Source of the DNA: Mobula hypostoma | Lineage: Eukaryota | Length of the DNA: 64,000 nt | Direction of reading: 5' to 3' | Assembly (NCBI RefSeq): GCF_963921235.1 | Contig: NC_086097.1 | Location: 187,862,001 to 187,926,000 of the forward strand | Part shown: piece after piece, positions 1 to 11,811 of the stretch | Numbering within the stretch: the stretch's first letter is position 1 | Layout: every line of letters begins with the position of its first letter | Program-made: the position numbers and the translations under genes | Notes under the pieces: model-generated | The model's database searches: none | The model's input: the letters and a program-made list of their open reading frames with translations, nothing else | What the model was told of the DNA's origin: nothing

Positions 1-475
1 AAAGCAACACACACAACATGCTGGAGGAACTGTCTGTGTATAAGATGAGAAGCAACGACCATGTGGATAGTCAGAGGCTTTTTCCCAGGGCTGAAATGGC
101 TAACCCGAGAGGGCACAGTTTTAAGGTGCTTGGAAGTAGGTACAGAGGAGATGTTAGGGGTAAGTTGTTTTGTTTTTTGTTTTTTTTTACACGCAGAGAG
201 TGTGAGTGCATGGAATGGGCTGCCAGCGATGGTGGTGGAGGTGGATACAATAGGGTCTTTTAAGAGACTCCTGGAGAGGTACATGGAGCTTAGAAAAATA
301 GAGGGTTATGGGTAATCCTAGGTAATTTCTAAAGTAAGTACATGGTCTGCACAGCATTGTGGGCCAAAGGGCCTGTATTGTGCTGTAGGTTTTCTAAGTT
401 AACTCAGCAGGTCGGGCATCTATGGAAAAGAGTAAATGTTTGACGTTTCAGGTTGAGACCATTTATCAGGACTCC
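1..475 (-). mobile_element. Penelope-like terminal repeat remnant (1-31 and 401-475) split by a CR1 insertion
   Basis: The reverse complement resembles the Penelope termini at 25.1 kb and 57.1 kb and has a degenerate hammerhead core (ctgataa...gaaacgtc). The duplicated 'aact' (28-31, 401-404) flanks the inserted CR1. Confidence 0.7.
32..400 (+). mobile_element. CR1 LINE 3' fragment
   Basis: Encodes the CR1 ORF2 C-terminus (RGHSFKV..., WNGLP) and closely matches 22410-22767. Confidence 0.9.
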
Positions 476-534
476 TGTACCTCCCCTATACTATTTAAAT
501 AGGTCATCACCATTTCCTGATTTTTAGGGATGAA

Positions 535-1000
535 ATGGTATACGTTTATTAATGTCACATGTACTGAGATAAGCTAAATTATTTTATTTTACATGCCATT
601 CACATAGATTTCAAAACATCAAGGTAATACAAGGGAAAAGCTGCTTTAGTTTATGAAAATTAAACATTATGCAGAATATAGTGTTGCTTTTACAGACAAA
701 GTGCTCTACAGGTAAATAATAAAATGCAAGGGCTGTGAGGAGGTAGAATGCGAGGTCAGGTGTTCATTGTTAACACACAAGGGGTCCATTCAAGAGTATT
801 TTAGCAGTGGAATAAAGCTGTCCTTGAGCCTGGGGTGTGCACTTTCAGCCTTTGTATCTTCTACTTAGTGCAAGGAGATTGGGGGGAGGGGTGGGGGAGA
901 AGAAAAGAAAGAGTGTCCTACGTGAAAGTGTCTCTGATTACATTGGCTGCTTTTCCAAGGCAACAAGTGTTGAAAGGTGGATTGTAAGGACAAATAAGTG
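535..1000 (-). mobile_element. Old Rex1/L2-like LINE 3' fragment
   Basis: Resembles 28085-28450 (aagctgtccttgagcctgg..., tttcagcctttgtatctt). Confidence 0.45.
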
Positions 1001-1339
1001 ATGGATTGATTTATCCAAGCATGAGTGATGCTCCCCACCCTCCCCCACCCACCTCCATATAGTTTGTACTGTTTCCCCTTATATTCTTATTCTGACCTCT
1101 TTCCCCTTCTTTCCCAGTCCGATGAAAGCTTCCACGGGTGCTGTCTGACCTACCGAGTTCCCTCAACATTTCAAAGTTTAAAGTTTAGCAACATTGTTTC
1201 ACAGTGGATTTAAGTTGGCTTTTTTGACAATGATCAACAGAAAAGACTCTTTCGTATCAAAGTGAAAACAAATTTCTACAAATTGACCTAATATTATTAA
1301 ACAAAATAATTATTTGCACAATTACTCACCCCCTTCAAG

Positions 1340-2293
1340 TCAGTGTTTAGTAGATGCGCCTTTGGCAGCTTTACACATCTGGACTCTGCAATTTTCCCCC
1401 ATTCTTCTTTACAAAATTGCTCAAGCTGTGTCAGATTGTATGGGGATCGTGAGTGAACAGCCCTTTTCAGGTCCAGCCACACATTCTCAGTTGGATTGAG
1501 GTCTGGACTCTAACATGGCCACTCCAGGACATTAACTTTGTTGTTTTAAGACATTCTTGTGTAGCTTTGCCTTTATGCTTGGGGTCATTGTCTTGCTGGA
1601 AAGCAAATCTTCTCCCAAGTTGTAATCCTCTTGTAAACTTCATCAGGTTTTCCTGCAGGATATCCCTGTATTTTACTGCATTTATTTCATCCCCTACCTT
1701 TACAAGCCTTCCAGGGCCTGCTGCAGTGAAGCATCCCCATAGCATGATGCAGCCACCACCATGCTTCATGGTGTAGGGATGGCATGTTTTTGATGATGTG
1801 TGTTGTTTGGTCTGATGGCTAGGAAGCTCAATTTTGGTTTCATCAGACCATAGTACCTTCTTCCAGATGACTTCAGAGTCTCCCACACATGTCCTGGCAA
1901 ACTCTAGCTGAGATTTCATGTGAGTTTTTCCCCAACAGTGGCTTTTTCGTTCCCACTCTCCCATTAAGCTACAGCTTGTGAAGCTCCCAGGCAACACCTG
2001 TATGCACAGTCTCTCCCATCTCCACCACTGAAGCTTGTAATTCCTCCAGAGTTGTCGTAGGTCTCTTAGTGGCCTCCCTCACTAGTCCCCTTCTTGCACA
2101 GTCACTCAGTTTTTGAGGACAGCCTGCTCTAGCCAGATTTACAGCTGTGCCACATTCTTTCCATTTCTTGATGATCGACTTAACTGTACTCCAAGGGATA
2201 TTCAGTGACTTGGAAATTTTCTTGTATCCATCACCTAACTTGTGCTTTTCAATAACCTTTTAAGAGTTGCTTGAAGTGTTCTTTTGTCTTCAT
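1340..2293 (-). pseudogene. Tc1 transposase pseudogene
   Basis: Start MKTKEH at 2293. Motifs VLWSDETKIEL, KHGGGCIMLWGCF and FQQDNDPKH are present, with frameshifts. Confidence 0.9.
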
Positions 2294-2335
2294 GGTGTAG
2301 TTTTTGCCAGGATACTGACTCACCAGCAGTTGGAC

Positions 2336-4162
2336 GACTTCTTCTGACTTTTAATGGTGGCTGGTAGACCAACTTAAAGGTGCATTACCATCATCAATTG
2401 GACTGGAGGGTGGTGTAGAGTGTTGGGAAATAAAACCCCTACTAGTTCTTTATCAACTGAAGACTAAGTTACCCCAAAAAGCCCTATAGATTTTAAATAA
2501 TGAAAGACAATATTGTGAATTAAATTAAAGTCACTTCCATAACCTAAAGTTTTTAAATGAAAACTGTCAACCCCCACAAAGCTAGTAGTGCAGCCTGCAT
2601 TTGCTTTCTTTCAACCTTGTATGCTTCATATTGTAAAAGAATATGTTCAAATGTTTCACAATGATGACAACACCTACACCGCCCAGTGATGTTTTCCAAC
2701 AAGATACAAGGAATAATTAAGCATAGTATGCCCAATTCTAAGTCGAATCAGTATATTTCCTTCCCTTCTTGTCTTAGCCCATTCTCCCTTCAATCCAACA
2801 GTTTTCTGTAATGGTGTCTCCCCTTATGCCTATAATCCCACAGTTCATGCCATGATCCCCTCATTCTTAGCCCCAGATTTGCTAAGTGGAAGATCTATAT
2901 CCACTGATGAACTTCTAGCAGCTTTTATGGCCAAACAATCAGCCCACTCATTCCCTTCAACATCTCTATGTGCAGGAACCCATAAGAAGAGGACATGTAG
3001 ACCAATATGAAGAGCTTCTGGCAGTAAATCAGACCTACTGCTAGAACGACCTGTTTTAAGACTAGTCAAAACCAAAAAAGAATCTGAAGAAATTATAACT
3101 TTGCGAGGACAGTTTCCCTCTACCCATTGTAAGCCCAAAATGATGGCAACCAGTTCAGTGGTTTCCACTGATAAATAGTTAGATGTTTATTTATTGTTGC
3201 TTGAAATCCAGGCACAAAAGCAGCCACATCAACATTTCCCATTAAACTATCTTTTGATCCATCAGTAAAAAATGGTTAACATATCACAATAATTTTCCTT
3301 TACATATTCATGAACCAGCAGATTCTCAGACATATCAGAATCCTTGGAATTCATTAAATTATGCAACCTAAAATCACCTGAAGACATTAGAAAAAACTAT
3401 AGTGGGGTTATTGAGAAAGCTACAATGGGACAAATTACATAATCCAGAAAACCCATGTTTCTAGCATGATGATAACCCAACCATCCAAACTTAAAAACAC
3501 TCTTCTTGTGATGTTCTTTCAACACACTTTTAACAGGGTGGTCATTCCTCTGTCCCCTCAAGTTAACCCAGTATGTTAACAACAAATTCATCCTTCACAA
3601 CTCTAAGGGTAATTGTCCCAGTTGAATCAGTAAAGCTGAAACAGATGACTTTACTGCACTACAACAGTCTTAAAGTCTGAGCTTGTATCGAATCCAAACA
3701 TTTTAAGTTTGAAGATGAAGCTGATCCATAAGCCACACAGCCATAATCAAATACCTATCTAATTAAACAAATATATAGAGACTATAGAGATTTTCATGTA
3801 GCACCCAAAAAATACCCACATAGACACCCAAAGATATTTAATACCCCTTTACATTTGTCAACTATCTTACTGATACAGTGCTTCCATATCAGCTTATTAT
3901 TTAGCCACATGCCAAGAAATCTTACCACTGACACTTCTTCAAGAGTTTGACTATACAATTTCAAATTGAGTGTAGGTCTGGTGATCCTCTTTGTAAAACA
4001 TATAACTTGTGTTCTGTCTGTATCTCATTTTACAGCAGTTGGCATCCAGCTTAATGGTGCATTACCGCCTATAACTTGTGTTTTAGCTACTGAATGCTTA
4101 AAATCTATCTATTTGCCCACTGTTTGACCTTATTAATTGCTAATTGCATCCTATATACAAGT
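2336..4162 (-). mobile_element. 5'-truncated Nimb/I-clade LINE with RNase H
   Basis: RNase H motifs (ELVAI, SDS, WVPAH...GNEWAD), a C-terminal C..ET.EHILL zinc motif, a gaagaag-type tail and TSD agttggac (2328-2335, 4163-4170). Confidence 0.8.
4014..4069 (-). mobile_element. 56-bp insertion of a Nimb-like 3' end
   Basis: 13-bp TSD tataacttgtgtt (4001-4013, 4070-4082). The insert reads ggcggtaatgcacc... on the minus strand and resembles 2340-2390. Confidence 0.7.
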
Positions 4163-4516
4163 AGTTGGACTTTCCAGATACGGGTGTATTTGTACTACAA
4201 TCAATTGAAATACCATGACTGCACACAGGTGATCTCCGTTTAACTAATTATGTGACTACTAAAACCAATTGGCTGGACCAGTGATGATTTGGTGTGTTAT
4301 ATTAAAGGGGGTGAATACTTATGCAATCAATTATTTTGTGTTTTATATTTGCAATTAATTTAGATCACTTTGTAGAGACCTGTTTCCACTTTGACATGTA
4401 AGAGTCTTTTTCTGTTGATCAGTGTCCAAAAAAAAGCCAGAACAATTCCACTGTGATTCAATGTTGTAAAACAATAAAACTTCCAAGGAGGGTGAATACC
4501 TTTTATAGGCACTGTA

Positions 4517-4730
4517 TATGTCACCATATACAACCCTAAGATTCATTTTCTTCTGAGCATTCACAGTAAATATAAGAAACATGATTGAATAATGAAAGAC
4601 CATCCCCAACAGGACGGACAAACAAACAATGTTTAAAAGACAACAAACAATGCAAATACAAAAAGAATAAATGAATAAATAAATAAATATAAATAACTAA
4701 TACCAAGAACATCAGATGAAGAATCTCAAG
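4517..4730 (-). mobile_element. Rex1/L2-like LINE 3' UTR fragment
   Basis: Similar to 43485-43680 (tgtcaccatatacaaccctgagattcattt...). Confidence 0.55.
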
Positions 4731-4734
4731 GCTA

Positions 4735-6020
4735 GCCAGTTCTGTATCACTCTCATCATTTTTCATCAACAGCATGCAGATTTGTCGTCTTTTTGGAACT
4801 GCAGATTGACCTTTTAGCTTCTTCTCTTCCATTTATTGTTGTCTGCCCAAGATGCTCTTTGTATGTGTTTTACTTTGTTGCATTTTCTGTAAGTTTCACC
4901 TTTAAATCTACAATGGTTTGGTATATGTGAGCTCCTGCCGAAATGGTAACACAATTTGTTCGGCCAGGCCAGCTTCTGTTTAGATGTTACAATTTTGTTC
5001 ACACTCACTTTCATTCTTGACTGAAGCTCAATTGCGTCTAGGTCTGCAATTTCCATTGATACAGTGATTTCATGGACACCATCAAAGGGATGCATGAGTA
5101 ACTGCATAGTACAGAGTGAAAGATGCCCAACTTGCAAAGTTAAAGTGAAAATAACATGATGATAGTCTTTTGTCAGGAAAGCTGACTAAATTAATAGTGC
5201 TAGTGTGGATTGGGAATCATATATCAAGAGGGTTGAACTGTATTGTAACACGAACAACATGGATGAGGGAAGGAAGTTCTCCACACTTCTTAGCTTAATG
5301 GGTGCTAAAATGTACAATTTTTTACGCAACTTAAAACTCCTGAAATGCCAGCAAGCAAGACATTCAACGTAATTGTTACAAATTTACAGAATTACTTGTG
5401 CCCTAGATTTAGATGCAACAAAAGGAACCAGTCAAAGGATGAAAGCATGTCTGAATAAAATGGAGAACTGCACAAACTTAACCAGTACTGTGATTTTAGA
5501 GATGGATTTTCTGATGCATTAAGGGATAGGTGTGTATGGGGCTTGCATAGTCAAAGCACTCAAAAGAGGCTACTGTCAGAAAGAGACCTAACCTCAAACA
5601 GGCATTGATCATTGCAATATCATTAGAGACTGTAGCAAAGAATGCAGCAGAACTACAGAGAAAAATGAGTTTAGAATGTGAAATGCACAAAATGTCACTG
5701 AATGGTTCAAAAAGCCAAAAATGTTATTGATGTGGCAATATCAGGTTTATTTTAAAACTAGCCCATCACCACAATTATGTTCTCTGACTTCAAACCATTA
5801 AACTAATTCAAAGGAAAAAAAGAGAGCTGAGAGATGCAAGTCTAACATCATTGTTTAACTTAAGTGAGGCGCACACTTATCACATGGTAGCATGATGATG
5901 TATGCAATTCACACATTTGTACATATAACTTGTAATGAGTTATTTAAATGAACAAAAAGCTTCATCAAAGAATGTATATACAAGATTACTCAAATATTAG
6001 TGAAATATTAAACATTCAAC
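4735..6020. mobile_element. Decayed Gypsy gag fragments in both orientations plus a minus-strand LTR piece
   Basis: Minus 4735-5080: zinc-knuckle region. Plus ~5200-5740: gag N-terminus to CY.CG. 5860-6020 is the reverse complement of the LTR at 8050-8210. Confidence 0.7.
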
Positions 6021-7244
6021 AGTCCTTATCTCTGGACTTTTCGCATTTTGGTCTGAGAGTGACCCTGGACCCATTAGTTTGGTTGACTCTTAACTATCCC
6101 ATCAGTTCAAGGGCAATTAGAGATGGACAATAAATACTAATATTACTCGTGGAAATTGCATCCCATAAATGAATAAATTTGAAAAAGATAAGATGCAAAG
6201 GATTTCATAAATTATTGGAAAATATTTTATTTACATACCTAAAATTAATGATAGAGAATATCTTGAGAAGAAATGTTAAAAACTCAGTCATAAATAATCA
6301 TTGATCAGGAAGAATTCCATGGCATTCCAACTGACATGTTTTCCTTCTATGATGAATCCTCATAAGTTCAAAGAGTCAATTGTCAAGTAAATTAAGTTTC
6401 ACATTAAATTAACAGACTATTAAAAGGCTTCAATTCAGTGGGGTACTTGGAAAGATCTATATTAAATTAAAGACAAATGTATCCAATTGTATTTGAGTAG
6501 ACTTCTGTTTTATTATGATAATGAACCTGTCAGATTTTAACACATTGAAGTTACTGTGTCAGTTTCTCTTCCCCCTATTCTCATCTCAGTGCCTTCAAGC
6601 TGAGAATATAGTTACAGAAATCGAGAGACATGAAAAATGCTGACATAGAACTCTTAAAGCTTATTTTTTGCTGCATAAGAGTTTTGTGCCAAAAAAAATG
6701 CATTACTGTTACTATTCTGTTAATGTAGCATTTTACACAGTTGGCAAAGATACAAATGCCCTCCTATCTGCTCATCTGTTAGCAATTGATTATTATTCTT
6801 TAACTGCAAATGTCATCAAAAAAGAGTGACATTTGCAAGCTCAAACTGTTAAAGAAACATTTAATTCTATTGAACTGTCTTTTTGGATGCATTCCACCTT
6901 TTATTGTTAGTGTAGAAATAGATTCTCCATCCTTCCTCAGGAAAAAAAAGTTTCAATTCATAAAGTACAGCAAGATTGTATAGCATTCAAGTGAAGTACA
7001 TTCCAAAATTCATTGTGGAAGTGACCTGTTTGCCTTATTATGCCAGTCAGGATAAATTCTTCATCACATTGGAGCTCACTCAGCAGCAAAGCTGCAATTT
7101 TTCTCGCTCACCAGCTGCCCAAGCAGAGCAAACAAAGCATCACAAATCACCACGTTACAATGGAAGCCTAAGGATTACAAGAGATAGACATAAACATTTG
7201 AAAACATAGTCCTTAAGATAAATGTCTTTGAAATGGTTATTATC

Positions 7245-8047
7245 CCTCTCAACCCCATTCTCCTGCCTTCTCCACATAACCTTTGATACCCATACTAACC
7301 AAGAACCTATCAAACTCCGTTTTAAATATGCCCAATGACTTGGCCTCCACAGCTGTCAATGTCAATGAATTCCACAGATTCTCAGCACTCTGGCCAAAGA
7401 CATTCCTCCTCATCTCTGTTCTGAAGGGAGATCCCTGCATTTGAAACTCTGTCCTGGACTCCCCCTCTATAGCAATCATCATCCTCACGTCCATTCTATC
7501 AAGGCCTTTCAATAATTGATAGATGTCAATGAGATTCCCCCTCATTCTTCTAAACTCCAGGGAGTACAGGCCCTGCGCCATCAAATGCTCCTCATACGTT
7601 AACACTTTCGTTCCTGGGATCATTCTTGTGAACCTCCTCTAGGCCTTTTCCAATGCCAACACATCCTTTCTTAGAAGTTGAAGGGATTAGATAGGGTGGA
7701 TGTGGAAAGGGTATTTCCTATGGAGGGAGCATCCAGAACAGCCTCAAAATTGAGGGGCCACCCTTTAGAAAAGAGGTAAAGAGGATTTTTTTTTTAGCCA
7801 GAGAGTAGTAAATCTGTGGAATGCTCTGCCACAGACCGCAGTGGACGCCAAGTCAATGCATATATTTAAGGCAGAAGTTGATTGTTTCCTGATTGATCAG
7901 GGCATCAAAGTATATGCCGAGAAAACAGGTGTATGGGATTGAGTGGGATCTGGGATCAGCCCTGATGGAATAGCAGAGCAAACTTGATGGGCTGAATGGC
8001 CTGATTCTGTTCCTATGTCTTACGGTCTTAGATAAGAGGCCCAAAAC
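7245..8047. mobile_element. Minus-strand CR1 3' fragment with a plus-strand CR1 fragment (~7676-8027) nested inside
   Basis: CR1 ORF2 C-terminal peptides occur on both strands, with 'cttaga' duplicated at the junctions. Confidence 0.8.
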
Positions 8048-9339
8048 TGAAGTGTATTTAATAGTTCAGTAATATTTGAGTAATTTTGTAAATAAGTTGT
8101 TTATTAAGCATGCTTCATTGAAATAACTCATTATGGGTTATATGTAAAAAAAAAGTGAATTGGATACAACATGATGCTACCATGTGATAAGCGTGCACCT
8201 TGCTTAAAGTAAAGAATGGGTTTAGACTTGTATTCCTGGCTTTCTTGTTTCCTTTCCAATTAGTTTAATGTTTTGAAGTTATAAAACATAACACGGTGAC
8301 AAGGTATTTTTAAAAAAGATCTGCTACTGACTTGTTGAAGCGCAGTGAGACGATCAAGTTTTTAAAAAAGCACAGCGAGGAGCGATCAAATTTTTTTTTA
8401 AAGCAGCGGAACATGTGCAGAGACAGTCGAGTTAAAAAAAGGAAAAAACGGAAGAATTCACAGGTTCATAAACATTGAGTAGCAGGTGATAATAATTATT
8501 TTAAAAAAGATCAGAAGTGGCTAGTTACGTCAGAAAGATAGACACATTTGATTTCTCAACAGGTACACTGAGATAATTGGACAGTATTCTGAAGCAAATG
8601 AAATAGCCAATGAGAAACAAGTACTAAGTTTGCTGAGCTTAAAGGCATACAGTTTCCTTTGAAGTTTGACTGCTTCAACCAAATTGCTGAAAGGTGCTTT
8701 GCTGATATTGTGAAAGTAATGTGGGAACATTTAGAATTGAAGTCATTCTTAATTGTAGAATGCTTTAGGTTTCATAAGTAGCATCAAAAGGAAGGGGAAT
8801 CCATTTCAGTGTATGTGGCTGAATTGAAGAGAATGAGCGTTGTCATTTCAGTCATGGGCTTAATGATGCACTGAGAGATGGTTCAGCTCATGGAATCTTA
8901 CAAGAAAGCTTTCAAAAACTGCTCTCAACTGAAGCACAACTTACATTTAAAAGAGCAGTTGAAGTTGCTGTGTCAATGGAAACCACAGACAGTTTCAGTA
9001 AAGTGAGCATGAACAAAATTGCAACATCTAAATAGAAACTGGCCTTGCTGAACAAATCATGTTACTGTGGTGGCAAGGGCTCACATAAACCAGACCAATG
9101 CAGATGTAAGGGCAAAACTTGCAGAAAATGCAACAAATACAGCTATATACAAAGAGTATGTCAGACAGACAAAAATAAATGGACAGTACAGGGAAGAGAA
9201 AAACTAAAAATGTCAAGCTGAAGTTTCAAAAAGAGCACTAACCTGTATGCTGTTGATGAAAAATCTGATACTGATGAAAGTGACACAGGACTGAGTACCC
9301 TTGATGTTTACAATGTGAAAACTAACACTAGACAAGCAA

Positions 9340-9994
9340 GCTACACACATCAAAGTTGCTGGTGAACACAGCAGGCCAGGCAGAATCTCTAGGAAGAGGT
9401 ACAGTCGATGTTTCAGGCCGAGGCTCTTCGTCAGGACAAACTGAAGGAAGAGCTAGTAAGAGATTTGAAAGTGGGAGGGGGAGGGAGAGATCCAAAATGA
9501 TAGGAGAAGACAGGAGGGGGAGGAATGGAGCCAAGAGCTGGACAGGTGATTGGCAAAAGGTATATGAGAGGATCATGGGACAGGAGGCCCAGGGAGAAGG
9601 AAAAGGGAGAGGGGGGGAAACCCAGAGGATGGGCAAGGTGTATAGTCAGAGGGACAGAGGGAGAAAAAGGAGAGAGAGAGAAAGAATGTGCGTATATAAA
9701 TAAATAACGGATGGGGTACGAGGGGGAGGTGGGGCATTAGCAGAAGTTAGAGAAGCCAATGTAAATCCTTCCATCCCTCCTCCTCTTGTCTTCTCCTATC
9801 ATTTTGGATATCTCCCTCCCCCTCCCACTTTCAAATCTCTTACTAGCTCTTCCTTCAGTTAGTCCTGATGAAGGGTCTCAGCCCAAAATGTCGACTGTAC
9901 CTCTTCCTAGAGATGCTGCCTGGCCTGCTGTGTTCACCAGCAACTTTGATGTGTGTTGCTTGAATTTCCAGCATCTGCAGAATCCCTCGTGTTT
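9340..9994. mobile_element. Penelope-like insertion made of inverted terminal repeats
   Basis: Minus copy ~9340-9762 and plus copy ~9768-9994, with 13-bp TSD actagacaagcaa (9327-9339, 9995-10007). Confidence 0.9.
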
Positions 9995-10133
9995 ACTAGA
10001 CAAGCAATATGACTTACACCAGTAGTGAATGGAAAATTAACTATAATGGAATTGGATACTGGTTCAGCTGTTTCAGTCATTCACAAAATGATTTTGAACA
10101 GCATTTCAAAGATACTAAACTGAAGCCTGCAGA

Positions 10134-10552
10134 TAGAAACATAGAAATATAGAAATCTACAGCACGTTACAGGTCCTTCAGCTCACAATGTTGTGCCGAC
10201 CATGTAACCTACTCTAGAGACTGCCTAGAATTTCCCTAGCGCATAGCCCTGTATTTTTCCAAGCTCCATGTAACTATCTAAGAGTCTCTTAAAAAGCCCT
10301 ATTATATCTGCCTCCACCACCATGGCTGGCACCATTCCACGCACCCACCATTCTCTGTGTGAAAAACTTACCTCTGGCATCCCCCCGTACCTACTTTCAA
10401 GCACCTTAAAACTATGCCCCCTCGTGTTAACCATTTCAGCCCTGGGGAAAAAAGCCTTTGGCTGGCTATCCACATGATCAATGCCTCTCATCATCTTATA
10501 CATCTCTATCGGGTCACCTCTCATCCTACGTCACTCCAAGGAGAACAGGTCA
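10134..10552 (-). mobile_element. CR1 3' fragment inserted in the Gypsy protease region
   Basis: MRGDPIEMYKMMRG...TRGHSFK peptide and a tttctat-repeat tail. The protease frame resumes (IQLKSYT) after it. Confidence 0.85.
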
Positions 10553-10804
10553 ATATCCAGCTGAAATCTTATACTAGAGAAAAGATAACTCCTGGGGGGA
10601 AGAACATTCATACCAGTGAAATATACACAAGCAACAAGCCACATTAGGCTTCTATTTGCTAAAAACAGGAACCCAGCATTATGGGGCCGTGATTGATTGA
10701 GAAAACTATAACTTGATTGGAGATCTATCCACCATTCTCATGCCACATCCCCTGGAAAGAAGCCAACTGAAAACGAATTAAGAAAGGTACTGGATGATGC
10801 CACA

Positions 10805-11371
10805 ACTGTCTCCATGTTGGTAACAACCTCTGTGCATCTGGTTGGAAAGTATATTGGACCAAGGAAAGACCGTACTGCTCAGATGAATCCTGATAGTGAC
10901 GAAAGCAGTAGGTCCAACTACAACAGTTTTTGTAGGCAACATATCCGATAAAGCTTCTGATATGTTAATCAGGCAGTTACTTGTAAAACATGGCTTGGTT
11001 TTAAGCTGGAAGAGAGTTCAAGGAGCTTCAGGAAAGTTGCAAGCATTTGGTTTTTGTGACTATAGAGAACCAGAATCTACTCTGTGTGCATTAACAATAT
11101 TGAATGAACCTGAAGCGGGAGATGATAAGCTGTTTTTAAAGTAGATGCAAAGACCAAAGCCAGCCGGGTGAATGGACAGCCAGAAAGAAAAGTGTCAAAG
11201 GAGATATGAAAATAAAGGATTCATAAGATGATGTTGTGGATGAGGAAACCAAGAGGAGAGATCAGATCATAAAGGGACCAAAAGAAGGATTAATGGGTGA
11301 ATACTCCAGTGAACTAAATGCACCTTCCCAAGATCAAGATGCTCAAACTAGAAGAAAAAAGGAGAAGAAAG
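10805..11371 (+). pseudogene. RBM25: RBM25 retrocopy fragment (RRM region), frameshifted
   Basis: GPTTTVFVGNISDKASDMLIRQLL...SWKRVQGASGKLQAFGFC.Y.EPESTL, KVDAKTKA and DEETKRRDQIIKG...EYSSELNAPSQ...KKEKK match vertebrate RBM25 as I recall it. It is collinear with no intron, and has several frameshifts and a stop. Confidence 0.92.
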
Positions 11372-11811
11372 GTGCCCAGAGCTGTCAAAGGCACTTCCTG
11401 CAGTCTCAGAATCAACTGCTACAACCACCATGGAGGAAGGCCCAGAACCTGAGATTGTTTTCACAGCCCCATATCTCACCTGCCAAGCAGAGTGATCACC
11501 CTTGTCAGGAATGACATTATCCCACAAGAGTAAGAAAGCCTCCATAGTGATTAAATCTTTAGGCCTGAATGGGACAACTTAACATTTACTATGCTGTGAA
11601 TGTGTGCATAGTATTTCTATTATATAGTGTACTAATCATATTGTTGAGATGCATTCTCTATTGAGTTGGAGCTTATTGCTAAGTAGAGAGGAAAGTTACA
11701 CATTTAATATTTCAGTAATATTTGAGTAATCTTGTAAATATGTTGCTGATTAAGCATTCTTTGTTTGTTTAAACAATTCATTATGGATTATATTCATTAT
11801 GGGTTTTATGC

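Larger units (their letters stand above)
1183..4516 (-). mobile_element. Tc1-like DNA transposon with long (~200 bp) TIRs, interrupted by a Nimb/I LINE
   Basis: Inverted repeats at ~1183-1333 and 4307-4514. The right end is ...ggcactg|TA and the left outer end is missing. It carries a transposase remnant. Confidence 0.85.
8048..11810 (+). mobile_element. Decayed Gypsy-type LTR retrotransposon lacking pol and carrying an RBM25 fragment
   Basis: 5' LTR ~8048-8293 followed by a PBS-like cggtgacaagg. Gag remnant with zinc knuckles ~8520-9300, protease ELDTGSAVSVI ~10045-10080, integrase-tail-like HYPTRVRKPP ~11515-11545, purine tract agagaggaa, and a partial 3' LTR ~11694-11810. Confidence 0.8.

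Noticed and set aside
6080..6180. Ancient SINE/LINE 3' tail (similar inverted piece ~43185-43260)
   Set aside because: Too short and degenerate to assign to a family by eye.
6225..6265. Minus-strand ttttag|GTATGT as an exon end or recursive splice site
   Set aside because: All three upstream frames are closed, no host gene is established, and such motifs are common by chance in AT-rich DNA.
9328..10025. Recurring Pro/Ser-rich ORFs (also at 29.4, 56.8 and 59.2 kb)
   Set aside because: They are translations of the pyrimidine-rich Penelope terminal repeat, and their recurrence reflects repeat copies.
10896..11144. RBM25 as a functional host gene
   Set aside because: It is only an internal fragment, has frameshifts and a stop, and is embedded in an LTR element.
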